DNA of 64,000 nt from a bacterium. Lineage in GTDB: Bacteria > Patescibacteriota > Minisyncoccia > Phycocordibacterales > Phycocordibacteraceae. Below the pieces are notes generated by a model that was not told where the DNA came from, ran no database searches, and was given only the letters and a program-made list of their open reading frames with translations. The first letter of the stretch is position 1. Every line of letters begins with the position of its first letter. A program made the position numbers and the translations under genes. The DNA lies in assembly GCA_023269085.1 (NCBI GenBank), contig JAHFML010000001.1, positions 190,356 to 254,355 on the forward strand, in the 5' to 3' direction. Below, one piece after another: positions 47,664-56,431 of the stretch.

Positions 47664-48033
47664 TCTCCTTATGCAAGTTGGGCTCCGCGTATGCGGAGCC
47701 CGGGTTGAAGTTCATGCGGCGTCCTTTTTGAAAGGCCGCCCCCAGACCTCGTCGGGGTCAATCAGCGACGATGATGGCAGTGCTGCAAACGCGGCACTGC
47801 GATGCGCTTCTTCTTCGCGCGCATCGACTGCTACGATGCCGAGCGCAACGTTCTGGCGAGCAAGCCCGCGAAGTGACCCATCAGGGTCCCACTTGTTGAA
47901 AAAATCTTTCAGGCTCTCTCGAGCCAAGAGATTGTTTTTCATACCATGCTCCTTGGTTGGTTACGGGAACAACTTCCAGTTAAAAGTATACCAAAATACC
48001 AAAAATAATCAACTATCCCAAATTTCTGTCTGT

Positions 48034-48108
48034 TGGTGCCCCCGCGAGGAGTCGGACCTCGAATAGCGGCTTAGAAGTCCGCAGTTATATCCGTTTAACT
48101 ACAGGGGC
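48034..48108 (-). tRNA. tRNA-Arg (TCT)
   Basis: 75 nt incl. CCA; acceptor GCCCCTG/CGGGGGC; D-loop AACGGATA with A20; anticodon loop CTTCTAA; imperfect 31-39 pair. Confidence 0.7.
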
Positions 48109-48138
48109 GCTTCTCCTCTACCCTACTCTATTCGTGCG

Positions 48139-48450
48139 CTATTGCGAAGGGTCAGCGAAGCGGTACACGCCCGAGACATACTTCGCTTCTTCTTGTGCTC
48201 GAGTCGCGAATATCTCGTTGATCGTCGTGAGTGACGACTTATCGAAGATCGGCGCTTTCTCGATTGGGGCTGTCCCTATGGTGCCGCCGTTCGCGACCGT
48301 GTCGAATGCCCACGCGTTCCACACGATACCAACTCCGAATGCCATGCACGCGAGCGCGATGAGTGCTATCCAGTCGCGCGCCGGATCGATCCGAGAAAAA
48401 ATCCGCAGGCGATTGAGAAACGACGTAAAAAAGGGTTGTAGGGCAGTCAT
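48139..48450 (-). CDS. hypothetical small membrane protein downstream of pilO
   Basis: 103 aa; one TM; last gene of the pilMNO cluster. Confidence 0.3.
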   Translation of the reverse strand: MTALQPFFTSFLNRLRIFSRIDPARDWIALIALACMAFGVGIVWNAWAFDTVANGGTIGTAPIEKAPIFDKSSLTTINEIFATRAQEEAKYVSGVYRFADPSQ

Positions 48451-48452
48451 GG

Positions 48453-49001
48453 TTATTGGGTGGTACTCGTCGCCGCAGGTGCAGGGAGCGATCCTGCGAC
48501 AAGGCTAATATCGGCGCCCCATCTGGAGCCCGCCTCTTTGTCGGTAATATCATGGGTTACCGTGAGTGTCGAGATCTCAATATCGTAGGGCGCATACTCG
48601 ATCGCGCCGACGGTACGCATGACCGCATCGAATGTTCCCTTCACCGAGAGAGCGAGCTTGAGAATAGGTTGCCCTTCACGAGTGCTGGCCGAGACAGAGA
48701 GGACGCTCACCTCGGTCTTCTGCGCCGCACCGAGCGCTTCGAGCGCAGTAATGAACGAGACAATGTCCGCTTCAGATACGAAATAGCTCTGTATCGTCGC
48801 CTCATCGCCCTTGATCTCTGCCAATGCCGTACGAACTGATTCGGTGCGAGCAACCGATCTGGTTGCAGCAGTTATCTGTTCCCCGAGACTGACGACCGTG
48901 GCGCTTTTCTGTGAGATGGTGGCATACTCCGCCACATAACCCATAAGGAGAATGCTCCCTACCACAAGAGCAATGATGAGATGTGTGCCGGAAGATTTCA
49001 T
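48453..49001 (-). CDS. pilO: type IV pilus assembly protein PilO-like
   Basis: 182 aa; N-terminal TM, coiled-coil, PilO-like C-terminus; ATGA overlap with pilN. Confidence 0.55.
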   Translation of the reverse strand: MKSSGTHLIIALVVGSILLMGYVAEYATISQKSATVVSLGEQITAATRSVARTESVRTALAEIKGDEATIQSYFVSEADIVSFITALEALGAAQKTEVSVLSVSASTREGQPILKLALSVKGTFDAVMRTVGAIEYAPYDIEISTLTVTHDITDKEAGSRWGADISLVAGSLPAPAATSTTQ

Positions 49002-49552
49002 GGTGCGAGCGTTATGACGATTGAGAAATCAATATTCGCATCCTTCGCGTATGCCGAGACCGGTAATGCCGCCGATCGTGCGAACGGCGCACCTTGGAGA
49101 GCAAGCTGATAGGCACGGAGAACATCGCGCGTCGCCGCCGTACCAAAGACCGAAAGCGTCCCCGGCTTCCCAGTAGACTGCGGCGTGTACGAGAATTGAG
49201 AAATCTTCACACCTGGGCGCGGGAGCGCCAAGACATCCTTGATAACCGCACTTGCCATGCGTACATCTGAAAGAGCGCCGAGCACCGATGTCTCTCTTGA
49301 GAGCACCGCGAGCCGCTTCGAGAGCACCGCTTCATCAGAAGACGCTAGCGCAACTGCTATACTCGACAGCCGCGCGTTCTCTGTCTTCTGCGCATCTGAC
49401 AGGAACAGGTAGGTCGGCAAGAGGAGAACCGCGATGGCGACAAGAAGCGCACTCCCGAACCAAACCGCCACAACAATGAGACGCATGTGATACGCTCGAA
49501 ACAGCTCGTGGCGTCGATCTCGCGGAAGAAGATTGGTGAACTCGTCAGACAT
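48998..49552 (-). CDS. pilN: type IV pilus assembly protein PilN-like
   Basis: 184 aa; N-terminal NLLPRDRR motif then TM helix, typical of PilN. Confidence 0.6.
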   Translation of the reverse strand: MSDEFTNLLPRDRRHELFRAYHMRLIVVAVWFGSALLVAIAVLLLPTYLFLSDAQKTENARLSSIAVALASSDEAVLSKRLAVLSRETSVLGALSDVRMASAVIKDVLALPRPGVKISQFSYTPQSTGKPGTLSVFGTAATRDVLRAYQLALQGAPFARSAALPVSAYAKDANIDFSIVITLAP

Positions 49553-50639
49553 GGGGAATATGGTCGCGCAGGGCGAGGCCGATCGATGTTCCGTAGGCGA
49601 GCGACTCGTTGTAGCTCACCGGCGGTATCCATTCGTCGCGCGATACGAAATTGGTGAATACGTCTCCGGACACGACCGGGATCCGAAGCGCATTCTCGAG
49701 ATACTCGGGGAACCCACGCGTCGAAGCATTGCCGCCGACGAGGAACACCTTCGACACCGGCTCATGCTGGCCGCCTTCGATCGCGCGTTCCTGCCAATAG
49801 CCAAGCCGTTGCGCGATCTCCTCGCGAATAGCAGAGACCGTGGAGAGCATCGCCGCGAGATACTCTTCATTCCCGGGCGTCGAGACGATGCCGCGCTCGT
49901 ACTTCACCTTACGCGCCTCGGCCTCCGTCACGCCGAAATATTTCTGTACGGCGAGCGTGAGCGCGTGACCGCCGATGCTGATTGTCGTCGTGAAGCGCGG
50001 GATCCTTCGAGCGACGATGGACATCTTCGTGGTCGTCTTCCCAACGTCGATGATGAGAACCGTCGACTCGTCCCCTTTCGGGAGCAGTGCGCGCGCGCAA
50101 GCGAACATCTCGCCCTCAAGCGCGCGCACCTCGATACCCGCGTCGTCGAACACGGCGAGCGTGCTCTCGACAATGCGGCGGGCGAACCCGACACCGGCGA
50201 CATTCATATCGCCATCCTTCCCGCGTCCAAGAGTGACGAAATCGAAAACTGTTTCTGCCGGCGGGAGCGGGACCACTTCATCAAGATGCTGTTCGATCGC
50301 GGTGCGCCACTCGTCCTTGTCTGTGCCGGGAACCGCCATCTCAAAGAGATATGATTTTGATTCGGGCAATGAGACATTTGCGGCGGAGACGCCAATCGAT
50401 TCTGATGCCGCCACAAGCGCCTCGACAACAGCACCTCGATCAACAACCTCTCCAAAAGAGAACGCGCCGGGCGGGAGCCGTACTTCAGCATAGGCCGCGA
50501 GCCGAAGCCCGTCGACATCTTCAATCAGACGCACCGCCTTCACGCCGCTCGTCGACAAGTCAATCCCTGCGAGCGGGAGCGCGATATATTGCGGCGGCGC
50601 GAGAAGCGCACGAACGCGTTCGGTAAGAACGAAAGCCAT
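49545..50639 (-). CDS. pilM: type IV pilus assembly ATPase-fold protein PilM
   Basis: start at MAFVLTERVR; actin/FtsA-like fold (GIDLSTSGVKAVRL...). Confidence 0.85.
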   Translation of the reverse strand: MAFVLTERVRALLAPPQYIALPLAGIDLSTSGVKAVRLIEDVDGLRLAAYAEVRLPPGAFSFGEVVDRGAVVEALVAASESIGVSAANVSLPESKSYLFEMAVPGTDKDEWRTAIEQHLDEVVPLPPAETVFDFVTLGRGKDGDMNVAGVGFARRIVESTLAVFDDAGIEVRALEGEMFACARALLPKGDESTVLIIDVGKTTTKMSIVARRIPRFTTTISIGGHALTLAVQKYFGVTEAEARKVKYERGIVSTPGNEEYLAAMLSTVSAIREEIAQRLGYWQERAIEGGQHEPVSKVFLVGGNASTRGFPEYLENALRIPVVSGDVFTNFVSRDEWIPPVSYNESLAYGTSIGLALRDHIPHV

Positions 50640-50679
50640 GCTCGCAGTATACAATGCGCCGTCGTGAACGCAGATATGC

Positions 50680-51015
50680 TTAGTGTGCACTCGTGCCCGG
50701 CGGTACCGTGCGATCAGGGGAGAGAAAAGCAAATGATTCGTCAGAGCCGACGGCAAAGAGCATGCCGTCACTCTCGAGCCCGCGAATGGTACGCGGTTCG
50801 AGATTCGTGACGAACGCCAGCTGACGACCGATGAGCGCGTCGGGCTCGGTGTACGCCGCAATACCGGAGACAATCTGTCGCGGCCCCGCCTCCTCGCCAA
50901 AGTCGACCGTGAGCCGCAAGAGTTTATCCGTATCGGGTACGCGTTCGGCCGAACGAACCGTACCGACACTCACCTCTATTTTAGAGAACTCCTCTATTGA
51001 AATTTTTTCTTTCAT
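50680..51015 (-). CDS. tRNA-binding (EMAP/Myf-domain) protein, CsaA-like
   Basis: 111 aa; FSKIEVSVGTV...QIVSGIAAYTEPDALIGRQLAFVTNLEPRTIRGLESDGML matches the tRNA-binding OB-fold family. Confidence 0.8.
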   Translation of the reverse strand: MKEKISIEEFSKIEVSVGTVRSAERVPDTDKLLRLTVDFGEEAGPRQIVSGIAAYTEPDALIGRQLAFVTNLEPRTIRGLESDGMLFAVGSDESFAFLSPDRTVPPGTSAH

Positions 51016-51031
51016 GACTAAATCCTAGTGC

Positions 51032-51445
51032 CTAGCGCCTATTTTGCCTAGTTAGGTAACTCGTGAGGATGAGCGCCGCGGCTGAAGCGTCGACATTCGC
51101 GCGCGCCTTCGGCGCGCGCGTCTTCACCTCCTTCTCGGGCGCGCGGTGCGCCTCGGCGCTCGTGAAGACTTCATTCTCGAAATATACGGGCACATTCGTA
51201 CGCTCTGTAATCTGTTTACCGAGCATGACCGCACTTTTGGCGATCGGATTGTGCCCACCCGCGAGCGTCCGTGAGTCCCCGATGACGACGGCTCGCACCT
51301 GTTCTCGCGAAATGAGCGCGCAGAGATCCTCAATGAGTCGCGGCGAGTTCGTGACCACCGAATTCGGGAACCCCATCATCCCCATCTCATCCGAGAGCGC
51401 GAGGCCGACCTTCGAGCTCCCATAGTCAATGCCGAGGTGTCGCAT
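51032..51445 (-). CDS. ruvX: Holliday-junction resolvase-like RuvX/YqgF
   Basis: 137 aa; LGIDYGSSKVGLALSD N-terminus. Confidence 0.9.
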   Translation of the reverse strand: MRHLGIDYGSSKVGLALSDEMGMMGFPNSVVTNSPRLIEDLCALISREQVRAVVIGDSRTLAGGHNPIAKSAVMLGKQITERTNVPVYFENEVFTSAEAHRAPEKEVKTRAPKARANVDASAAALILTSYLTRQNRR

Positions 51446-51725
51446 ATATATGGTATACTACTCGCCTATGCCCCCTTTTGCACCCATGCCCGCATTCTTC
51501 GGCGTGTTCTTTCCTATCCTCATCGTCGTTATTCTCTGGACCATCGTCCTCAAAGGCTTCGCGCTCTGGCATGCCGCCCGCAACGATCAAAGGAATTGGT
51601 TCATCGCTCTCCTCGTCGTGAACACGCTTGGCATCCTCGAGATCGTCTATCTCATCTGGTTCCGCCCCGCATCTTCTGCTACTGTCTCCAAAGCGCCGGT
51701 GAGCGACTCATCACCGGCGGCGTAA
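51429..51725 (+). CDS. small two-TM membrane protein (true start probably an internal Met)
   Basis: FFPILIVVILWTIVLKGFALWHAARNDQRNWFIALLVVNTLGILEIVYLIWF is a small-membrane-protein pattern. Confidence 0.35.
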   Translation: MPRCRIYMVYYSPMPPFAPMPAFFGVFFPILIVVILWTIVLKGFALWHAARNDQRNWFIALLVVNTLGILEIVYLIWFRPASSATVSKAPVSDSSPAA

Positions 51726-51729
51726 GTTC

Positions 51730-51817
51730 GGATGGTTGGCCGAGAGGTCTAAGGCAGTTGACTTGAAATCAACCGTACCGCAAGGTACCGCAGGTTCGAA
51801 TCCTGCACCATCCGCCA
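51730..51817 (+). tRNA. tRNA-Ser (TGA)
   Basis: 88 nt incl. CCA; long variable arm; anticodon loop CTTGAAA; acceptor GGATGGT/ACCATCC, discriminator G. Confidence 0.85.
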
Positions 51818-51878
51818 ACTTCGTTTATCAGTGTGTATACGCACACCGTACAAATAGTCTGATGCTATACTTCCCTCA

Positions 51879-52352
51879 ATGGCTACGAACAGCATCGCCG
51901 AGTGGGAAGGAAAAGAATACGAGCACAACCCAAAGAGCGCCGACTGGTATTGGGTGCTCGGCATCGTTGCCGTCGCGGGCGCAACCGCTTCTCTCCTCTT
52001 CGGGAATTACCTTCTCACTGTTCTCATCATCATCGCGACAGCCGCCATCGCGCTTCACGCCGCGAAGGTTCCCTCTCTCCATCAGTTCCGTCTCGTCGAG
52101 CAGGGTCTGCTGATCGGCGACGTTCTCCACCCCTTCGAGCAGATGGAATCATTCACCGTGCTCGAAGATATCGAGGGCGAGCTCCCGCCGCTCCTCTCGA
52201 TAAAGACTGAGAATTGGCACTCCCCGCACCTCGTGATCCCGCTCGAGGGCGTCGACGCCGACATGGTCTACGCCTACTTCCTCCATCATGTCGACGAGAG
52301 CGAACATCACCACACCTTCTCTGACCTAGTGGCGGCGTGGCTCGGTTTCTGA
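51879..52352 (+). CDS. hypothetical membrane protein
   Basis: 157 aa; two TM helices; His-rich C-terminus. Confidence 0.35.
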   Translation: MATNSIAEWEGKEYEHNPKSADWYWVLGIVAVAGATASLLFGNYLLTVLIIIATAAIALHAAKVPSLHQFRLVEQGLLIGDVLHPFEQMESFTVLEDIEGELPPLLSIKTENWHSPHLVIPLEGVDADMVYAYFLHHVDESEHHHTFSDLVAAWLGF

Positions 52353-52367
52353 TATACCTACAGTATT

Positions 52368-52439
52368 GCTCTCGTCGTTCAACGGATAGGACACCAGCTT
52401 GCGGAGCTGGCAATCAAGGTTCGATTCCTTGCGAGAGCA
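52368..52439 (+). tRNA. tRNA-Arg (GCG)
   Basis: 72 nt, no CCA; shares 5' half GCTCTCGTCGTTCAACGGATAGGA and T-arm with tRNA-Arg(CCG) at 58150; anticodon loop TTGCGGA. Confidence 0.7.
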
Positions 52440-52735
52440 CAATAAAGCGAAGCGAATATTGTGCTCGAGAGCACGTCTGGGAGACGTGCGGCAAGGAATC
52501 GAAAACCTTGCGAGCATTTTATCGAGCTTTCTGAAGCGAAGAAAAAATCCGCAAGGTGTACGCTGAGATTTTAAAAGAGCGAAGCGACTATTAAAATCCA
52601 AGTGCAGTTTCGAAGAAAGCTGCCTGAACCTGTAAGGTTCGATAAGCGTACTCGCGGTCCTTGCAAGCGTACTTTTCATTCTGAACGATTTGCAGGAAGA
52701 CGTCTCGTAGTACTATAAATACTGAGAATTAACGT

Positions 52736-53290
52736 ATGTCTAAATCTACTAACCTTAAATACTACTATCTCGAACAATATCTTGAAACAGAGGTACGGCC
52801 TTATTTTGAAAAAGAACATCACCTTACATCCGAACAGTTTTTTGCGATTATCGAATGGAAGAATCCGAAGTTTGGAAAGACTAAACTCACACACCTCAAA
52901 CCAAAAGACATAGAAAAACTTTTTAAAACTATTTACGGCGAGTCTAGGGAAAAGCAACTGAAAATTCTAGTAGACATTAAAGGTCTAAAGCTAGCCACTG
53001 CTTCTGCAATCCTTACGATTCTATATCCAGAAAGGTTTACGGTTTATGATGTGCGTGTTCGAAAGCAATTAAGAAAGCGAGGTCTGTGGGAAGAAGAACC
53101 CGATGATATTACTTATTGTGTCGACGTGGTAAATAGATACTTTGATAAATATCTACCCCCGATAGAGAAACTGGCTACAGACAGCGGGCTATCACTTCGT
53201 GATTGCGATCGTGCCTTGTGGGCACAAGATTGGCATGAAGACCTGATGGACTTCATTATTGCAGGTTCGAGCGAAAACAACACGGTTTAA
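52736..53290 (+). CDS. hypothetical protein (possible HhH-like motif), low-GC
   Basis: 184 aa; IKGLKLATASAILTILYPERFTVYDVRV; ~40% GC. Confidence 0.3.
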   Translation: MSKSTNLKYYYLEQYLETEVRPYFEKEHHLTSEQFFAIIEWKNPKFGKTKLTHLKPKDIEKLFKTIYGESREKQLKILVDIKGLKLATASAILTILYPERFTVYDVRVRKQLRKRGLWEEEPDDITYCVDVVNRYFDKYLPPIEKLATDSGLSLRDCDRALWAQDWHEDLMDFIIAGSSENNTV

Positions 53291-53298
53291 AATAATAT

Positions 53299-53913
53299 AT
53301 GAACTACTTCAAACCGATCCTGTATAGCATCAGTGTCCTTCTACTGGTCGCGCTGGTGTCCATTCGGTATCAACACGCAACACAAAAGGTTGTTGTGCCG
53401 ACTGTCTCATCAGCAACCTCATCAAACGACGCACCCTCTGATATGAGTCCCAACTGTGCCGCCTATTACAACAACGCAGGGAACGGTACGGACCCAATTG
53501 ATACGGAGCTCGCCGACTTCACTAACTTACACCCACTTTCTGATTATCTCTGCGGATCATATTCAGATGTCCTGAAGACGACACTAGCTGACGGCAAGGT
53601 TCTCTATTTTGTAGATCCAATCGCTCAAGAATCGTGTGGTAGCGGCGGGTGTACATATTTCCCCATGATTGAGGAGAGGCCGGGCGCAATCCGCCGTATA
53701 CGCGGTTTTACGGGTGGTTCTGACGCAGGTGATGACTCAGTCTTTGGCTTCCTGTCTTTCCCAAAGAAAGGAGTGGTGGAGGTGTACTGGCACGAGTCGG
53801 CAACATGCGGCACGACGAACACTTACGGATTCACTGCTACCGATACTCCTTATCTAATCTCCACATCTGACAGCTGCTCACAAGAAGGAGGCGTACAGCC
53901 TCAAAGAAAATAG
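53299..53913 (+). CDS. secreted/membrane-anchored Cys-rich hypothetical protein
   Basis: 204 aa; N-terminal hydrophobic segment; 8+ Cys. Confidence 0.35.
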   Translation: MNYFKPILYSISVLLLVALVSIRYQHATQKVVVPTVSSATSSNDAPSDMSPNCAAYYNNAGNGTDPIDTELADFTNLHPLSDYLCGSYSDVLKTTLADGKVLYFVDPIAQESCGSGGCTYFPMIEERPGAIRRIRGFTGGSDAGDDSVFGFLSFPKKGVVEVYWHESATCGTTNTYGFTATDTPYLISTSDSCSQEGGVQPQRK

Positions 53914-53930
53914 GTGCTCGTATTTATCTC

Positions 53931-54002
53931 GCCTCCGTAAGCTAACGGATAAACTACCTCGCTTCTATCGAGGCCTTGGGGGTTCGAATCCTCTCGGAGG
54001 CA
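53931..54002 (+). tRNA. tRNA-Arg (TCT), second copy, island-associated
   Basis: 72 nt; acceptor GCCTCCG/CGGAGGC; D-loop AACGGATA; anticodon stem CCTCG/CGAGG, loop CTTCTAT; T-loop TTCGAAT. Confidence 0.65.
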
Positions 54003-54015
54003 CTGATGGTAAATC

Positions 54016-54154
54016 CTCGCCGCGATTTCGTTTCCCGCTTCGGCCGAATCAATCGACCATGCCGTAGCGGGCAACCCCGAGGCCATCATGGCGCAGGTCG
54101 GCGCCATGCACCTTACGCCGCTTTCCGATCAGGATGCGGCGCAGGTGCGAGGTG
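54016..54154 (+). repeat. leader-module repeat copy 1 (5'-truncated; starts 14 nt after the tRNA)
   Basis: 139 bp nearly identical to the 3' part of copies 2 and 3. Confidence 0.8.
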
Positions 54155-54393
54155 AGGGAATCTCTGTAGCCGTATTGATTGTCAACCTCAAGTGGCTTTA
54201 CAAAGTTTCCGCACCTTTCAGGCAATTCATGAGTGGCTACAGAGCGAGTCAGATATTTGGTTGGGAATGGGGCAGAGCGTTATCAATTGCCCAAGGCAAT
54301 CCAGATCCTGGGCAATTGTCTAGCCATTCGCTAGAAGCTACATTCATTTACTGGCTTGGTAATAACTGGACATATCAACTCTTTTACAAATAG
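54088..54393 (+). CDS. cassette 1: truncated secreted-peptide precursor (conserved leader remnant + unique AT-rich C-terminal part)
   Basis: MAQVGAMHLTPLSDQDAAQVRG then divergent 80 aa; in-frame upstream TAA removes the signal peptide, so possibly a pseudogene. Confidence 0.4.
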   Translation: MAQVGAMHLTPLSDQDAAQVRGEGISVAVLIVNLKWLYKVSAPFRQFMSGYRASQIFGWEWGRALSIAQGNPDPGQLSSHSLEATFIYWLGNNWTYQLFYK

Positions 54394-54495
54394 CACACAT
54401 GAAATATATGCGTGGCGCTCTGTAGAAACTGATGAGTCCAAAGAGGGTCTACAGACCCTCTTTTTATTTGTCATGATTGTGGTAGATTCCCTTAT

Positions 54496-54840
54496 ATGAA
54501 GAAACTACTAAACAAAATCCTGTTTGCACAATATCTCTTCGCGCCAGAGATTATTCCTTTATTGGCGATTCTTTACTTCTTCGCCATGGTCTTTTCGGTG
54601 CACTTTGTGTTGTCTCTTTTTGTAGAAATAAACACGACTATCTTGATTTGGGTCTTCGTTATTGCCATGGTGGTGTTTGCCGTAACATTTCTTCCCGTAA
54701 TGATGCGGTTTGCGAGTGGTTGGCCATCGGGAAAAGAGGAGGAAAATTTGATTGATAAGTCCAGTCCAAGTGATCGTATTATTTATACTCTACTGTTTCT
54801 CGCTTCTATCTTCGTATTTTATTATATCTATGTGAAATAA
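54496..54840 (+). CDS. small polytopic membrane protein (immunity-protein-like), AT-rich
   Basis: 114 aa; 3 TM helices; directly downstream of cassette 1. Confidence 0.35.
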   Translation: MKKLLNKILFAQYLFAPEIIPLLAILYFFAMVFSVHFVLSLFVEINTTILIWVFVIAMVVFAVTFLPVMMRFASGWPSGKEEENLIDKSSPSDRIIYTLLFLASIFVFYYIYVK

Positions 54841-54920
54841 GAAGCTGACGTGTTTGGGGTGAACAGATACGCAACCAAATGGCGTATGGTATGTTGAGAA
54901 GTGGACATAGTTCTTTTCCC

Positions 54921-55143
54921 GAAGAACATCCTGTCCGTTCCCTTCAAACTCTCAAGGAGTCTGCAATGCGTACAGCATTCACTGCAGTACTCGCGGCGAT
55001 ATCCCTCGCCGCGATTTCGTTTCCCGCTTCGGCCGAACCGATCGACCATGCCGTAGCGGGCAACCCCGAGGCCATCATGGCGCAGGTCGGCGCCATGCAC
55101 CTTACGCCGCTTTCCGATCAGGATGCGGCGCAGGTGCGAGGTG
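54921..55143 (+). repeat. leader-module repeat copy 2 (5' UTR + RBS + signal peptide + conserved leader)
   Basis: ~223 bp, ~98% identical to copy 3. Confidence 0.85.
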
Positions 55144-55331
55144 CAGCATGGATGATTCCTGGTTGGATGTACGCCATCGTTTCTAAATTTCTGAGTGCAG
55201 GACATCTGGTAAGCTCATTCGGCGCCAGTTACCTGAATCAGATGGCGGCCGAGTATGGCTGGAAAATAAACGGCATCCCAGTACGGTTCTCTCTCATGGA
55301 TGCAATCTTCGTAGCTCCACCTGCACGTTAA
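54966..55331 (+). CDS. cassette 2: secreted peptide precursor (Sec signal + conserved LSDQDAAQVRG leader + unique Trp/Tyr-rich C-terminal peptide)
   Basis: AAGGAG RBS; MRTAFTAVLAAISLAAISFPASA signal with AxA site; conserved 36-aa leader; unique 62-aa tail. Confidence 0.55.
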   Translation: MRTAFTAVLAAISLAAISFPASAEPIDHAVAGNPEAIMAQVGAMHLTPLSDQDAAQVRGAAWMIPGWMYAIVSKFLSAGHLVSSFGASYLNQMAAEYGWKINGIPVRFSLMDAIFVAPPAR

Positions 55332-55394
55332 ACAATACTCAAAGTACGGTTTGATGTGTATAACCGGACGCCCCCAATTGGGGGCGTTTTTATA

Positions 55395-56150
55395 TCATAG
55401 ACTTGTGATTAAGTTCCCAATAATGTCTGATTTTCGTATCGGTCCGAACGAGCGTGAGTCGGTGCTTGAAGCGCGATTATCACCAAGCACAAAATATTCA
55501 TCGGGACCGAGCGTGGTGACAGAATCCGGTGTTGTGCTCCCGAGTGAATAGGGTTCATTTAATGATAATCCGTTTGCGGACACTACTCCACCACGAATAT
55601 CGATACGCTCGCCAGGTAATCCGATAACTCGCTTAATGATAAATGCTGGTGCCGATACATCTTGTTCACGCGATACAACCACCTCTCCTCGCAGGAAATT
55701 GTGCGGGATTTCATTTACAATGAGGTACGCTCCGTTTTGATACGTTGGTATCATGGAGTCCCCACTCATCACAAATGGCGAAACGATAAACATCCTAATC
55801 ATCAGTGCCAAGGGCACTACTATTGCAATAGTTATACTGATTGATGCAAGATAGGCACTTGTTGCACGTAGAAAAGATACGGGGAATCTCCTCTTGAGGA
55901 GCCACGTGCAGATACCGATTGATACGATCGCGTCGAATACGAGCGGGATTGGCAATGCGACGATGCGCACCATTTCTCCCGCAAGTCCGCCCGCGATATT
56001 TGCCACGAGCACAGTGATAACGGCATACCCAAATGTCGGACGAGGGAATGCAAACCTTCTTTCGACCCACAGGAGAACAGCGGAGCTAAGTGTGAGAGAC
56101 AGAACGGCAACTACTGTCATAACAATGATGAGCACTGTTGAGATATTCAT
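55395..56150 (-). CDS. lepB: signal peptidase I (S26) with unusual ~120-aa, 4-TM N-terminal extension
   Basis: catalytic SGDSMIPT and GDNRASSTDSRSFG motifs; start taken at MNISTV. Confidence 0.8.
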   Translation of the reverse strand: MNISTVLIIVMTVVAVLSLTLSSAVLLWVERRFAFPRPTFGYAVITVLVANIAGGLAGEMVRIVALPIPLVFDAIVSIGICTWLLKRRFPVSFLRATSAYLASISITIAIVVPLALMIRMFIVSPFVMSGDSMIPTYQNGAYLIVNEIPHNFLRGEVVVSREQDVSAPAFIIKRVIGLPGERIDIRGGVVSANGLSLNEPYSLGSTTPDSVTTLGPDEYFVLGDNRASSTDSRSFGPIRKSDIIGNLITSL

Positions 56151-56207
56151 ATCTACTAAGAATACCACGTGTGGTGTTCGGTGATATTCGATTATTTCGA
56201 GTTAAGA

Positions 56208-56431
56208 AGAAGAACATCCTGTCCGTTCCCTTCAAACTCTCAAGGAGTCTGCAATGCGTAAAACATTCACGGCAGTACTCGCGGCGATATCCCTCGCCGC
56301 GATTTCGTTTCCCGCTTCGGCCGAACCAATCGACCATGCCGTAGCGGGCAACCCCGAGGCCATCATGGCGCAGGTCGGCGCCATGCACCTTACGCCGCTT
56401 TCCGATCAGGATGCGGCGCAGGTGCGAGGTG
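56208..56431 (+). repeat. leader-module repeat copy 3
   Basis: ~224 bp. Confidence 0.85.

Noticed and set aside
54828-55205. 125-aa and 185-aa minus-strand ORFs (54828..55205 and 56086..56643) sharing RRILIGKRRKVHGADLRHDGLGVARYGMVD
   Set aside because: They are the reverse-strand reading of the repeated leader module. The identity reflects the DNA repeat, not a gene family.
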